A stretch of DNA of 64,000 nucleotides from Minisyncoccota bacterium (lineage in GTDB: Bacteria > Patescibacteriota > Minisyncoccia > Phycocordibacterales > UBA1550): positions 23,008 through 87,007 of the forward strand of contig JALNYL010000001.1 in the NCBI GenBank assembly GCA_023229865.1, written 5' to 3'. The notes below the pieces were generated by a model that was given only the letters and a program-made list of their open reading frames with translations, was not told the origin of the DNA and did no database searches. Positions 28,093 through 37,840 of the stretch are shown piece by piece; the stretch's first letter is position 1, and the number at the start of each line of letters is the position of its first letter. The translations under genes and the position numbers were made by a program.

Positions 28093-28401
28093 TTAGTCGT
28101 TTTTTAAAGAGAGAGAAACGATGAGTGAGGGGTTCTTGTCCTTGAGGCAAACGATGAATTCCTCAAGACATTGGTATACGGAAGTTGGGGCCTCTTCATC
28201 CATATGAGCCGGGCCAAGTTCCATGACTGCTTTTTCAGCAAGCTTGAGCAAACGCTCATGCGTCTTCGTCATCTGATTCTCGTTTACACAGGACACAATG
28301 TCCGGCCTCACGAGGATGTCGAGCACATGCTTCCATGTGATTCGCGGAGACGAACCAGGCAAGAGCGGAGTCAGCATACTAGTAGCAACACGAGGTTTCA
28401 T
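28093..28401 (-). CDS. Hypothetical protein
   Basis: ORF only. Confidence 0.35.
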   Translation of the reverse strand: MKPRVATSMLTPLLPGSSPRITWKHVLDILVRPDIVSCVNENQMTKTHERLLKLAEKAVMELGPAHMDEEAPTSVYQCLEEFIVCLKDKNPSLIVSLSLKND

Positions 28402-28499
28402 AACCTTTTCTCCTTTAAAGAGACTTCAGAACATAAGAGGGTAAATTTATCCCCCTCTTCCAATAAAGACACTACCATTTCCATCGGAAAACGCAACCC

Positions 28500-28540
28500 A
28501 AAAAGAAAGAGGCCACTCGCGAACGAGTGACCTCTGGTGT
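28500..28540 (-). terminator. Terminator on minus strand, 110 nt downstream of nearest minus-strand stop
   Basis: Minus strand gaggtcactcg-ttcg-cgagtggcctc followed by tttctttttggg. Confidence 0.45.
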
Positions 28541-28650
28541 AAAACCCTCAACCGGCGAACCCACGGCATATTGGGAACTGCTCATAGAAATGGTGGCGGA
28601 ATTCTTAAACGTTGGCCACGCTATGACAGTTTTGTTCTTGAAGCAACTTG

Positions 28651-28917
28651 CTAAACTTCTGGGGCGGAACCCCAGCCATAGCAATCCTTGAAAGCTTTTT
28701 GAACTTGGTAGTAGCGACTCTTAACAGCTGGGGACAAACGCTGGTTACCAAAAACACAACGATTTTCCCTGTCTGCTTTGCACAAAAATTCTTCGCGATG
28801 AATTTGATCATAGAGCGCTCGGAACAAAGGTGCAACAGCAGGGTCAGCTTCGGAGAGCTCTTTGATTTTTTTCAGAAAATCTTCGAACTCGAAGTAATTG
28901 AAAAGGACTTTTCCCAT
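28651..28917 (-). CDS. Hypothetical small Cys-containing protein
   Basis: RBS AGGAAGGTG upstream of ATG 28917. MGKVLFNYFEFEDFLKKIKELSE... Confidence 0.45.
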   Translation of the reverse strand: MGKVLFNYFEFEDFLKKIKELSEADPAVAPLFRALYDQIHREEFLCKADRENRCVFGNQRLSPAVKSRYYQVQKAFKDCYGWGSAPEV

Positions 28918-28987
28918 GGCACACCTTCCTTTCAAAGGTTATCTAAAGCAAGTATAACACAACCAATATTTTTGTCAATACCAGTGA

Positions 28988-30463
28988 CTACTGGTTCGAC
29001 TCAGGGCGCATCGTAGGGAAAAGCACCACTTCGCGGATATTGCGCGTATTGGTGAGGAGCATTACTACACGGTCGATACCGATACCGACGCCACCTGCTG
29101 GAGGAAGGCCGTATTCGATAGCCTCGAGATAATCTTCGTCTGAGGGAGACACGTCTCCTTCTCCGCCCTTCTTCTTAACATCCTGCTCCTCATAACGAGC
29201 TTTCTGCTCGAGAGGATCATTGAGTTCTGAGAAAGCGTTTACCATCTCAATACCACCGACAACAAGCTGGAAGCGATCGATAAGTGTAGGATCCTTCTCT
29301 TGCTTCTTTGCAAAAGGAGAAAATCCTGCTGGGTAGTCGATAATGAACGTCGGCTGAATCATCTTTGGACGGCAAGTCTTTTTGTAAACGTTGTCCATGA
29401 TCTTCTCGATAGAGTCATGAGGTTCTACACGCACACCCGCACGCTCTGCGGCGAGCTTCCAATCGTCGCGTGACATTGTCTCTGGGCTCTCGAGTCCAGC
29501 ATAACGCTTAAACAAATCGAGGAATGAAGTCACGGTGAACTTCTTTGAGAAATCGATAATGTCGTCTCCTGAAGCAACGAGGGCTTTTTTATTTACATTC
29601 TTCACGAGCGTCTTCATAAGCTTTTCTACGAAAGCCATCTGCGATGCGCATGTCTCGTATGCAGCATAAAACTCGAGCATGGTGAACTCTGGGTTGTGTG
29701 TTGCGTCGATTCCTTCATTGCGGAAATTGCGACCGAGCTCGTATACACGAGGGAAACCACCAACGAGAAGTTTCTTGAGATAAAGCTCAGGAGCAATACG
29801 GAGACTGAGGTCGATATCGAGCGCGTTGTGGTGCGTATTGAAAGGCTCAGCGAGTGCGCCTCCTGCGAGTGACTGAAGAAGTGGAGTTTCTACTTCGAGG
29901 TAATCAGCGGCATTCAAGAACGCACGAATCTCAGTAATGATCTTTGAGCGGAGCTTGAAGCGAGCGCGCACTTCCTCGGACATAATCATGTCCAAGTAGC
30001 GCTTGCGGAAACGCTCTTCAACATCCTGGAGACCGCTCCACATATCAGGAAGCGGACGAAGGCTCTTTGTAAGCATCTTCCAATCCTTGATCTCGAGGGT
30101 GCGCTCCTTACGCTTGGTCATAAAGAGTGTACCCGTACACTCAATAAAGTCACCGATGTCTACCGTGTCTTGGAAAAGCGCAAAAAGCTTTTCGTCCATT
30201 TCATCACGCTTGAGGAATCCCTGAATGGTTGCCTCCTCATCGCGAAGGTTGAAAAACGCGAGCGCGCCCTGACCACGAATAGCCATCACACGACCCACAA
30301 GCGTAATCTTCTTGTGATCTTTTGAAAGCTTGGCAAATGACGCAAGAGCATCCGCAACAGAAAGCGAACGCTTTGTGGCGATCGGATATGCAAGCATTCC
30401 GTTTTCTTTGAGAAGCTCAAGCTTCTTTAGTCGCTCTGCGCGAACTTCTTCGAGTGAAGCCAT
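28988..30463 (-). CDS. lysS: Lysyl-tRNA synthetase (class II)
   Basis: OB-fold anticodon-binding N-domain. Class II motifs (FRNEG, GGGIGIDRL). Confidence 0.9.
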   Translation of the reverse strand: MASLEEVRAERLKKLELLKENGMLAYPIATKRSLSVADALASFAKLSKDHKKITLVGRVMAIRGQGALAFFNLRDEEATIQGFLKRDEMDEKLFALFQDTVDIGDFIECTGTLFMTKRKERTLEIKDWKMLTKSLRPLPDMWSGLQDVEERFRKRYLDMIMSEEVRARFKLRSKIITEIRAFLNAADYLEVETPLLQSLAGGALAEPFNTHHNALDIDLSLRIAPELYLKKLLVGGFPRVYELGRNFRNEGIDATHNPEFTMLEFYAAYETCASQMAFVEKLMKTLVKNVNKKALVASGDDIIDFSKKFTVTSFLDLFKRYAGLESPETMSRDDWKLAAERAGVRVEPHDSIEKIMDNVYKKTCRPKMIQPTFIIDYPAGFSPFAKKQEKDPTLIDRFQLVVGGIEMVNAFSELNDPLEQKARYEEQDVKKKGGEGDVSPSDEDYLEAIEYGLPPAGGVGIGIDRVVMLLTNTRNIREVVLFPTMRPESNQ

Positions 30464-30580
30464 AAGAATAAGTTAAAAGTTTATAAGGTTTTTAAAGTTC
30501 ATAAAGTAATATGAGTATATAAAGTATCAGCATTGCTTCCACTTTTAACTTTATAAACTTTACGAACTTTCAACTAGTTT

Positions 30581-31048
30581 CTATTCAACGTTGACGATGG
30601 TGCAAGAAACCATTCCAAGAGGAGTTTCAAAGGTAACTTTCTCACCTTTGTTCTTACCCATAAGTGCCTCACCGAGAGGAGACTTATTTGAGATCTTTCC
30701 TTCCTTTGTGTTTGCTTCTTCTGAGCCAACAATCTGGTAACGCTTTTCGGTCTTCTCTCCCTGCTTTACGCAAACAACAGTTGAACCAATGTTTACCATT
30801 CCACCCTTAGACTTTTCAGTGATAACGGCGTGCTTGATCATCTGCTCAAGCTTTGAAACACGGTCTTCGGTCTCTGCCTGATTCTGGCGCGCTTCGTGGT
30901 ACTCTGCGTTTTCCGAGAGGTCACCAAGGCCCTTTGCAAACTCAAGCTGTTCCGCAATTTCCTTGCGGCGCACGCTCTTCAAGTAATCTAACTCTTTTGT
31001 TAATTCCTCAAATTTCTCCTTGCTTAAATATTCTTTTTCTTCTGACAT
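30581..31048 (-). CDS. greA: Transcription elongation factor GreA
   Basis: N-terminal coiled coil with acidic tip, C-terminal FKBP-like domain. Confidence 0.9.
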   Translation of the reverse strand: MSEEKEYLSKEKFEELTKELDYLKSVRRKEIAEQLEFAKGLGDLSENAEYHEARQNQAETEDRVSKLEQMIKHAVITEKSKGGMVNIGSTVVCVKQGEKTEKRYQIVGSEEANTKEGKISNKSPLGEALMGKNKGEKVTFETPLGMVSCTIVNVE

Positions 31049-31093
31049 ATGAGTGCTATTCTACCTGTTTAAGCGCAGAAAGTCAATTTATCC

Positions 31094-31897
31094 TTATTTT
31101 ACTTGGCTAATTTCGGCTTCAAGGGCTGCAACCTGCTCTTTTGCGAATGCGATGTTTTCTTCTTTGTGAGGGAATAATTCCTTTGCTTCATCTGTATAAA
31201 ACTCATGGTTTGAGAGGAATGCAATCTGCCCCTTCGCCCAAACAAGCTGGTCTTCGACTGACGGGGTGTCGGTGTTTTTGATCTCCTTGAGAAGCGCCTG
31301 TGCAGTAGCCCAATATTGCTCGCTCGGCTGTCCAAGAGCAGAGAGATCGGCATCGGCAATAACCTGCGTAAGATATTCCTCGGTCGCCGATTGCTTCATC
31401 ACGCCTCCTTCAAAAGAGACGGTGGTGGCAAGCTCCATCTTTTCAACTTTTTCAATATCAGAATTACTAAACACTCCCGTCTTCCCCATTTCTTCTCTTG
31501 TCATGCGAGCACTCGTGCGTTCGTTCTCTCCGCTTCCTAAATCTTGTTCGAGGTCGTGGCCTGCGGCAGCGATCTCTGCGAGTTCTACCTCACTCATAAA
31601 AATCTTGCCATGCTTGGCAGCGAGCTCTGCAATCTTTTGAGCAGCCTCGCGAGCGTTTTGTGTGTGAACGAGATTGTGATAGAACTTTGGGTTTTCTCCG
31701 TCGTTCGCCCCTGTGCCATACTTTTTCTCCACAAGAGAAAGCATTTGTTCGACGACCACGCGCACAGCCTCTTTGCGCTCAAGAGTTTCTTCTTTTTTCT
31801 CTGTCTCTGGCTCGTTATCAAATCCAAAGGAAATAATCGACTTCGGGATCTTCCCCCAGAAACCGCTCGCGTCCCCTATTTGTTCCATCTTTCCCAT
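31094..31897 (-). CDS. HD-domain-like phosphohydrolase (hypothetical)
   Basis: YHNLVH...AAAGHDLEQ His/Asp pattern. Otherwise unassigned. Confidence 0.4.
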   Translation of the reverse strand: MGKMEQIGDASGFWGKIPKSIISFGFDNEPETEKKEETLERKEAVRVVVEQMLSLVEKKYGTGANDGENPKFYHNLVHTQNAREAAQKIAELAAKHGKIFMSEVELAEIAAAGHDLEQDLGSGENERTSARMTREEMGKTGVFSNSDIEKVEKMELATTVSFEGGVMKQSATEEYLTQVIADADLSALGQPSEQYWATAQALLKEIKNTDTPSVEDQLVWAKGQIAFLSNHEFYTDEAKELFPHKEENIAFAKEQVAALEAEISQVK

Positions 31898-31924
31898 ATT
31901 GTTTTCAGTATACTCTTTTTGTGA

Positions 31925-33667
31925 TTATTTCAAATACTCGGGCGTGTTTTGATACATCCAATCAAAGAGTTGGCGCATCACGTACACACCACCGATCGTG
32001 TTGTCGTGCGGACCACGCTCCATCACCACGGCAAACGCGTAACGAGGTTTTTCATAAGGGAAAAATCCTACAACCCACGAGTTGATGTATTTTTTGCCCG
32101 CGTCGATTTCCGCGGTACCTGTCTTGCCCGCTACGGTCACATAGCCGACACCGAGCCCCGACACTGTCCCCTCGCGCACTGCCTGGCGCATACCCTCACG
32201 CGCGACCTGAAGATACGAAGATGGGATATCGATTTTCGATGTAGCAAAATCTTGGACAGGATCTTTGAGAAGGTGTGGGGTCACAAGAGTGCCGTCGTTT
32301 GCAATTGAAGCAACGCCGCGAACCGCCTGGAGGAGTGTCGACTGGAAACCATACTGACCGATCACCGTGTGATAGGTGTCTCCGAGACGCCAATCCCCGT
32401 CTTCAAACATTTTCTTTTTCCACTCAGGACTCGGAATCGTACCCGCTTTTTCGTCAGTAATATCTATCCCCGTAATAGAACCGAAGCCAAACATACGTGC
32501 GTACTTGCCGATGTTTTCGATGCCGATACCTTTTTGATTTTCAAAACCACCACCGATTTCGTAGAAATATACGTCTGATGAAACCGCGATCGCGCGACGC
32601 ATATCTACCCAGCCATGCGCCTTCCAGTCGTTGAATACTGATTTGATGTTGGGATAATAAGGGTGCTGAATAGAGATGGAGCCGGTACTCAAAATCTGCT
32701 TTTCAGTAGTGATGACCCCTTCTGCAAGACCCGCAATCGCCATAAATGGCTTAATGATAGATCCCGGTGTGTATACTCCCGATACTGCGCGGTCGAGAAA
32801 TACCGCACGCTTGTCGAGGTTATAACTCTGAATGAGCTTTTTATTTTTACCCTCAGAAAGCACGGCGCTCTCGTACTCAGGGTAGCTCGTCATCGCAAGG
32901 AGCTCCCCTGTCTCTATGTCCATAAGCGCTCCTGCTCCTGCCATATAGCCAAAGTCGTTTGCGGTCGCGCGAATGGTTGTGTGGAGTTTCTCCTGTACCC
33001 GCGCATCAATGCCGAGTGTGAGAGCTGCACCATTTTGTGGCTCTTCGACAATACTCCCTTCGCGTGTCTTGCCGAGCGCATCGGTCTCTACAATCTGAAG
33101 ACCATTTTCTCCCGAAAGGAGTTCGTTGTAGTGCTCCTCGATACCGTCCTTGCCGACAAATAATTCTTGATAGTAGCGACCCTTGGTATCGCGCTTTGGA
33201 TAACTCACATACCCAAGTGTGTGCCCAAACCCTGGGGCGGAAATATACGAACGATGCGGAAATGGCATTGCCTCGGTCGTCGTACTCGTCTCAGACATAA
33301 TGAGCGCTATGCGCGCTGCTTCGTCGTCAAAAGAGTTCCATGCGAGTGGGACTTTGTTGCGATCATAGACAACGCCACGCATCGCAAAAAGTGGCTTGTG
33401 ATCGAGGCGATTGTTCTCACTCTTTTTTAAATACTCTTCCCCGTGCACAATCTGAAGACTCGTAATTTTAACAATGAAAATAATTGCGACAATAGAAAAA
33501 GCGGCAAACACTCCCCAGATTGCCCCGCGACTAATCGGCTTTTCGATACGGCCTTCAAACTGATCTCTGTCGAAGCCGGGGAGATTTTTTGAATCGAGAA
33601 AAATCTCGTCGGGATCGATATCGCGCGAGAGTTGTTTTAAAAATTTTGAAGAGACTCGTTTGGACAT
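31925..33667 (-). CDS. mrdA: Penicillin-binding protein 2 (elongasome transpeptidase)
   Basis: N-terminal TM. SIIKP (SxxK), KTGTAE. Immediately downstream of mreB-mreC-mreD-like genes. Confidence 0.8.
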   Translation of the reverse strand: MSKRVSSKFLKQLSRDIDPDEIFLDSKNLPGFDRDQFEGRIEKPISRGAIWGVFAAFSIVAIIFIVKITSLQIVHGEEYLKKSENNRLDHKPLFAMRGVVYDRNKVPLAWNSFDDEAARIALIMSETSTTTEAMPFPHRSYISAPGFGHTLGYVSYPKRDTKGRYYQELFVGKDGIEEHYNELLSGENGLQIVETDALGKTREGSIVEEPQNGAALTLGIDARVQEKLHTTIRATANDFGYMAGAGALMDIETGELLAMTSYPEYESAVLSEGKNKKLIQSYNLDKRAVFLDRAVSGVYTPGSIIKPFMAIAGLAEGVITTEKQILSTGSISIQHPYYPNIKSVFNDWKAHGWVDMRRAIAVSSDVYFYEIGGGFENQKGIGIENIGKYARMFGFGSITGIDITDEKAGTIPSPEWKKKMFEDGDWRLGDTYHTVIGQYGFQSTLLQAVRGVASIANDGTLVTPHLLKDPVQDFATSKIDIPSSYLQVAREGMRQAVREGTVSGLGVGYVTVAGKTGTAEIDAGKKYINSWVVGFFPYEKPRYAFAVVMERGPHDNTIGGVYVMRQLFDWMYQNTPEYLK

Positions 33668-33675
33668 GACGATTG

Positions 33676-33951
33676 TTAGCGAACAATCTTTTTCATATAA
33701 ACCCCAGCGAAAAAGATTGCGATAGAAACAAGGAAGCCAAGCGCTCCCTTAAAAGAAAGCGTCGGTGCTCCATAAAGAATGTCGACCAAAGCCCCAAGTG
33801 CGATGACTTCATAATACGGCGCAAAACAAAAAGCTCCGACAAGTCCAACAACAACCATCGCCCACCATGGCATATAAAAAACAACACCGAGGAGCACGAG
33901 GGTAAAAATGATACGCTTCTTAGTCATACTATTATGAACGCTTATCCACAA
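33676..33951 (-). CDS. Small polytopic membrane protein in mreD position (MreD-like?)
   Basis: Three TM helices. Position between mreC and PBP2 only; shorter than typical MreD. Confidence 0.35.
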   Translation of the reverse strand: MWISVHNSMTKKRIIFTLVLLGVVFYMPWWAMVVVGLVGAFCFAPYYEVIALGALVDILYGAPTLSFKGALGFLVSIAIFFAGVYMKKIVR

Positions 33952-34735
33952 TAATCTCTACAGAATGAATCTCTGTGATATTGAATGGGACGCGGAAAAA
34001 TATACGCTTAAAAGGTTCTGCTGGCTTTTCCTCGACGACTGAAATCGTCCCTAAAATAAGATTTCCTTTTGTAGAAACAATAGTGTCCCCGATGGCGACA
34101 AGACTATCCTGAGGAACCTTTGCTTCAAAATTGCCCATACCGCGACCGAGCGCGTTTGCAGGAACATAGTGTGGACCAACAAGAACAGCGCGTTCACTTC
34201 CTGGAGAAGAAAAGAGTTTGATTTTTGAAGAGTTTGAAGATACTTCAATAATCTCACCAATGACTCCCGAGCCTGCATATACCACAACATTACCAAGAAT
34301 GATTCCTTCTTCTGCTCCTGCATCCACCACAACCGTATCGTAGGGAGACTGACCATGATCAACAACCACTTCAGCAACAACACGATCATCGCCTCGCACG
34401 CGACCAAGTGATTCTTCGAGCTTGGTAACTTTTTCTGCAAGGAGATTTCTGTCGAGCACCTGTGCCTCTACGCGCGCGAGCTCAGCAGAAAGCATCGCAT
34501 TCTCGCGAATAAGACGTTCCTTGTCACGAAAATTTGTCGCGAAAGAATTCCACGCATTTGTAGTCGCGCCGCCAAAACCCCAAACGCCCGTGGCGACCAT
34601 GTACACACCTTCGGTGACGGTGCTTCTCGCAGGGGTGTATAAAAGCGCAAAAGCGCTAGCGCCAATAAGGACCGCGAGCGCAATGTTTTTTCGATTTAAA
34701 AAACCGTCGCGAGAATTATTTTGGTGGTATAACAT
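33932..34735 (-). CDS. mreC: Rod shape-determining protein MreC
   Basis: TM, coiled coil (LSAELARVEAQVLDRNLLAEKV), two beta-barrel-like domains. Start chosen at ATG 34735 (overlaps mreB stop by 20 nt); alternative starts possible. Confidence 0.7.
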   Translation of the reverse strand: MLYHQNNSRDGFLNRKNIALAVLIGASAFALLYTPARSTVTEGVYMVATGVWGFGGATTNAWNSFATNFRDKERLIRENAMLSAELARVEAQVLDRNLLAEKVTKLEESLGRVRGDDRVVAEVVVDHGQSPYDTVVVDAGAEEGIILGNVVVYAGSGVIGEIIEVSSNSSKIKLFSSPGSERAVLVGPHYVPANALGRGMGNFEAKVPQDSLVAIGDTIVSTKGNLILGTISVVEEKPAEPFKRIFFRVPFNITEIHSVEIIVDKRS

Positions 34736-35765
34736 TTTCGTGTTCAATAAGAACCTCCTTGAATCCTTCCATATCTTCGAGAATAGCTCCTGCTCCACGC
34801 GCCACCGCAGTGAGTGGGTCGTTTGAAATATAAACGGGAACATGAAGCGTCTGCGAGAGAAGATCATCGAGACCACGAATGAGAGCACCACCACCCACAA
34901 GGATGATACCGCGGCTCATCACATCAGAGAGAACTTCTGGCGGTGTCGTCTCAATAACTTCTTTCACAGCATCAACAAGACCGACAATCGAACCACTCAT
35001 CGCTTCACGAATATCTGTGTCCGTGACCACCACCTCACGAGGAAGTCCCGTAACCAAATCGCGCCCGCGAATCACTGCTTCCATAGGACTTGCGCCTTTC
35101 TTTGCTGAACCGATAGCGATCTTCACACTCTCCGCGGTGCGCTCCCCCACGAGCACACGAAACTCATCGCGGATGTAGGTGATGATGTCGTTATTGAGAC
35201 GATCTCCCGCAATGTGAAGATTTCTTGAACGGACAATGCCACCAAGGGAAATCACCGCGATGTCAGTTGTTCCACCCCCGATGTCGATAATCATATTGCC
35301 TACAGGGTCCTTTACAGGAAGCTTGATACCGATAGCCGCTGCCATTGGCTCTTCGACAATGTGCACCTCGCGCGCGCCAGCGTTTTTTGCAGCGTCGTAT
35401 ACCGCACGTACTTCTACGTTGGTGATACCAGAAGGAACACCAATGACCACACGTGGACGTACGGTCTTCTTACTGACCTTGTTTGCCTTACTGATGAGGT
35501 ACGAAAGCATTTCTTCGGTCACTTCAAAGTTTGAAATAACACCATCGACGAGCGGGCGGATAGCCACCACGTGCCCTGGAGTACGGCCAAGCATTTGTTT
35601 TGCTTGCGTGCCGAGTGCGACGACTTGCCCTGTCTTTTGGTTTACCGCAACAACAGAAGGCTCGTTGATCACGATGCCGTGATCGCGCAAGTAAACAAGC
35701 GTGTTCGCAGTACCGAGGTCGATACCGATGTCATTAGAAAAAAGTTGGTAGAATTTATCAAACAT
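34716..35765 (-). CDS. mreB: Rod shape-determining protein MreB (actin homolog)
   Basis: DLGTANT, VVIGVP, DIGGGTTD actin-fold motifs. Confidence 0.9.
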   Translation of the reverse strand: MFDKFYQLFSNDIGIDLGTANTLVYLRDHGIVINEPSVVAVNQKTGQVVALGTQAKQMLGRTPGHVVAIRPLVDGVISNFEVTEEMLSYLISKANKVSKKTVRPRVVIGVPSGITNVEVRAVYDAAKNAGAREVHIVEEPMAAAIGIKLPVKDPVGNMIIDIGGGTTDIAVISLGGIVRSRNLHIAGDRLNNDIITYIRDEFRVLVGERTAESVKIAIGSAKKGASPMEAVIRGRDLVTGLPREVVVTDTDIREAMSGSIVGLVDAVKEVIETTPPEVLSDVMSRGIILVGGGALIRGLDDLLSQTLHVPVYISNDPLTAVARGAGAILEDMEGFKEVLIEHENVIPPK

Positions 35766-35769
35766 ATAA

Positions 35770-37032
35770 TTATTTCACCTTACACTGATTACACTGCTCG
35801 AGGAGCACCGCACGCTCAACCATAAACACTTCCCCTGTCGCACGATTCTTTATTTCAAAAGTCCCCGCCGCGAGAGTCTTTGCGGAAACAACGACACGAA
35901 GAGGAATACCGATGAGATCGCTCTCGGCAAACTTTTCTCCTGGGCGAAGTTCGCGGTCGTCCCAAAGTACCTCAACACCATCTCGCGTAAGTTCATCATA
36001 GAGCTTCTGTGCCTCCTCGCGAACGGTCTTGTCGTCTTTGTTGCCAAGCTCTACGAGGTGCACCGAGAATGGCGCTATCTCAGCAGGCCACACAAGACCA
36101 TTGTCATCACCATACACCTCAACGACCGTACCAAGGACGCGTCCGAGTCCGATGCCGTAGCAACCCATAACCACTGTTTGATCCTTCCCTTCTTCGTCTT
36201 TGTAGGAAAGATTGAATGGCGCAGAGTATTTTGTTTTGAGCTCAAAGATGTTACCCACTTCTACTGACGTCTCAGTACGCAAATCCTTACTCTGACACTG
36301 TGGACAAGCATTTCCTTGGTCCTCAATGATTTCTTTGTTTACGGCGAGATGACACTTGTCACAAATATAAATAAAATCTTCTCCTGCAGAAGTGATAGTC
36401 TGGAACTCGTGTGAGTACTTTGAAAAACTTCCACCTGATGCGTATGTGAGGAACGTTGTCGCCCCAATACCTACGCGTTCAAACACGCGCGTATACACCG
36501 CTTTCATCTTTTCATAAAACGCCACCATGTCTGCCTCATCACGGTGGAACGAGTACATGTCCTTCATAATGAACTCGCGACCACGGAGGATGCCCGACTT
36601 TGCGCGGAGCTCCATGCGGAATTTATTTTGAAACTGATACGTTGAAAAAGGAAGATCGCGATATGAAGAAATGAATTGCTTTGCGAGGGGCACCACAATC
36701 TCTTCATGTGTTGGGCCGAGCGCGTTCTCACGCCCTGATGTGTCAGTTATTTTATAAAGATCATCCATCGTGTCCCAGCGACCCGTCGTCTGCCAGTTTT
36801 CCTTTGGCTGAAGTGATGGCATCAAAATCTCCTGTCCGCCGACAGTGTTCATTTCTTCACGAATGATGTTTTCGATTTTCTTGAGGACACGGAGACCGAG
36901 TGGAAGGTAAGTGTAAACGCCCGCCTGAAGCTTGTCGACAAACCCTGCACGAATAAGGAGTTTCGCGTTCTTTGCTACCTCGTCTGAGGGAGCTTCTTTT
37001 TTGGTTCTGGTGAAGAGTTGGGATTGGCGCAT
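35770..37032 (-). CDS. proS: Prolyl-tRNA synthetase, short form lacking INS editing domain
   Basis: Class II motifs. C-terminal zinc-binding CDKC...CPQC. Start refined to ATG 37032. Confidence 0.8.
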   Translation of the reverse strand: MRQSQLFTRTKKEAPSDEVAKNAKLLIRAGFVDKLQAGVYTYLPLGLRVLKKIENIIREEMNTVGGQEILMPSLQPKENWQTTGRWDTMDDLYKITDTSGRENALGPTHEEIVVPLAKQFISSYRDLPFSTYQFQNKFRMELRAKSGILRGREFIMKDMYSFHRDEADMVAFYEKMKAVYTRVFERVGIGATTFLTYASGGSFSKYSHEFQTITSAGEDFIYICDKCHLAVNKEIIEDQGNACPQCQSKDLRTETSVEVGNIFELKTKYSAPFNLSYKDEEGKDQTVVMGCYGIGLGRVLGTVVEVYGDDNGLVWPAEIAPFSVHLVELGNKDDKTVREEAQKLYDELTRDGVEVLWDDRELRPGEKFAESDLIGIPLRVVVSAKTLAAGTFEIKNRATGEVFMVERAVLLEQCNQCKVK

Positions 37033-37265
37033 GATTGGTTTCTTGTCCTTGTATATTACCTTAAAAATCATAGAGCGCAAAATATAACTGGGTACAATAT
37101 TAGCTCCTCGGCTCAAAACCGAAAAAATGTCAATTTTTTTCGGTTTTTTCGCTCTACGTCGCTAATCGTTTGACTTTTTTCTGTCGATGTCCCATAATTG
37201 TACTAGTTTACAACTCAAGGGCTTCGGCCCTCTTTTTTAATGTTCTTTAGAAAGCGAGGTTCATT

Positions 37266-37751
37266 ATGGAGCACTTCAACGGAGGGACTATCGTCCTCTT
37301 TCTCCTCTTCATTGTCGCTGTTTTCGGTATTGTGTTTTTTGTGAGAAACAAAGACCGCATACCGAGGCCCGACAACTCACCACTCCTCAAAGTAAAGAGA
37401 GAATGGTGCAAGGCATGGGATGGAACCGTGGAGAAACAACAGGCAGAAAAAGAATGGGATGAACTCGGCGCGACAGAGATCAACAAAGCAACAACGCTTT
37501 CTGAACTCTGTAGTACTTGTGAACGCGTATTCTGGTATTCCTATCGCGGAAAATACAAAAAGAGGGAGAGCAAAATACTCCTCAAGGTTTACGAGATAAG
37601 AAAAAAGAGCTCAAAGATAAACTCGGCCAGGAGGACGCTCGGCGAGCGGAAGAATTCCGCAAAAACAGAGATCATCGTCACGCTCCTTACCCGCAGAAAC
37701 TCGAAAAAGGGAAACCGGCTGACAATGAGCCTCGCTTCCCAAAGTTTGTAA
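37266..37751 (+). CDS. Membrane-anchored basic hypothetical protein
   Basis: ORF, N-terminal TM, lysine/arginine-rich C-half. Confidence 0.4.
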   Translation: MEHFNGGTIVLFLLFIVAVFGIVFFVRNKDRIPRPDNSPLLKVKREWCKAWDGTVEKQQAEKEWDELGATEINKATTLSELCSTCERVFWYSYRGKYKKRESKILLKVYEIRKKSSKINSARRTLGERKNSAKTEIIVTLLTRRNSKKGNRLTMSLASQSL

Positions 37752-37789
37752 GAAAAGAAGTACAGAAGCCGTAATAACCACACAAAATC

Positions 37790-37822
37790 AAAGCCGCACG
37801 TTACCGTGCGGCTTTTCTTTTA
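37790..37822. terminator. Bidirectional terminator
   Basis: aaagccgcacgttaccgtgcggcttttctttt. Confidence 0.6.
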
Positions 37823-37840
37823 CTTTATTTCTTTTGTGCC

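Noticed and set aside
28540-28650. SRP RNA / tmRNA / 6S identity for the unassigned minus-strand segment
   Set aside because: Conserved SRP domain IV motif (GGAAGCAGCC-like), tmRNA termini and the 6S central bubble could not be found by eye. Left as an unclassified candidate.
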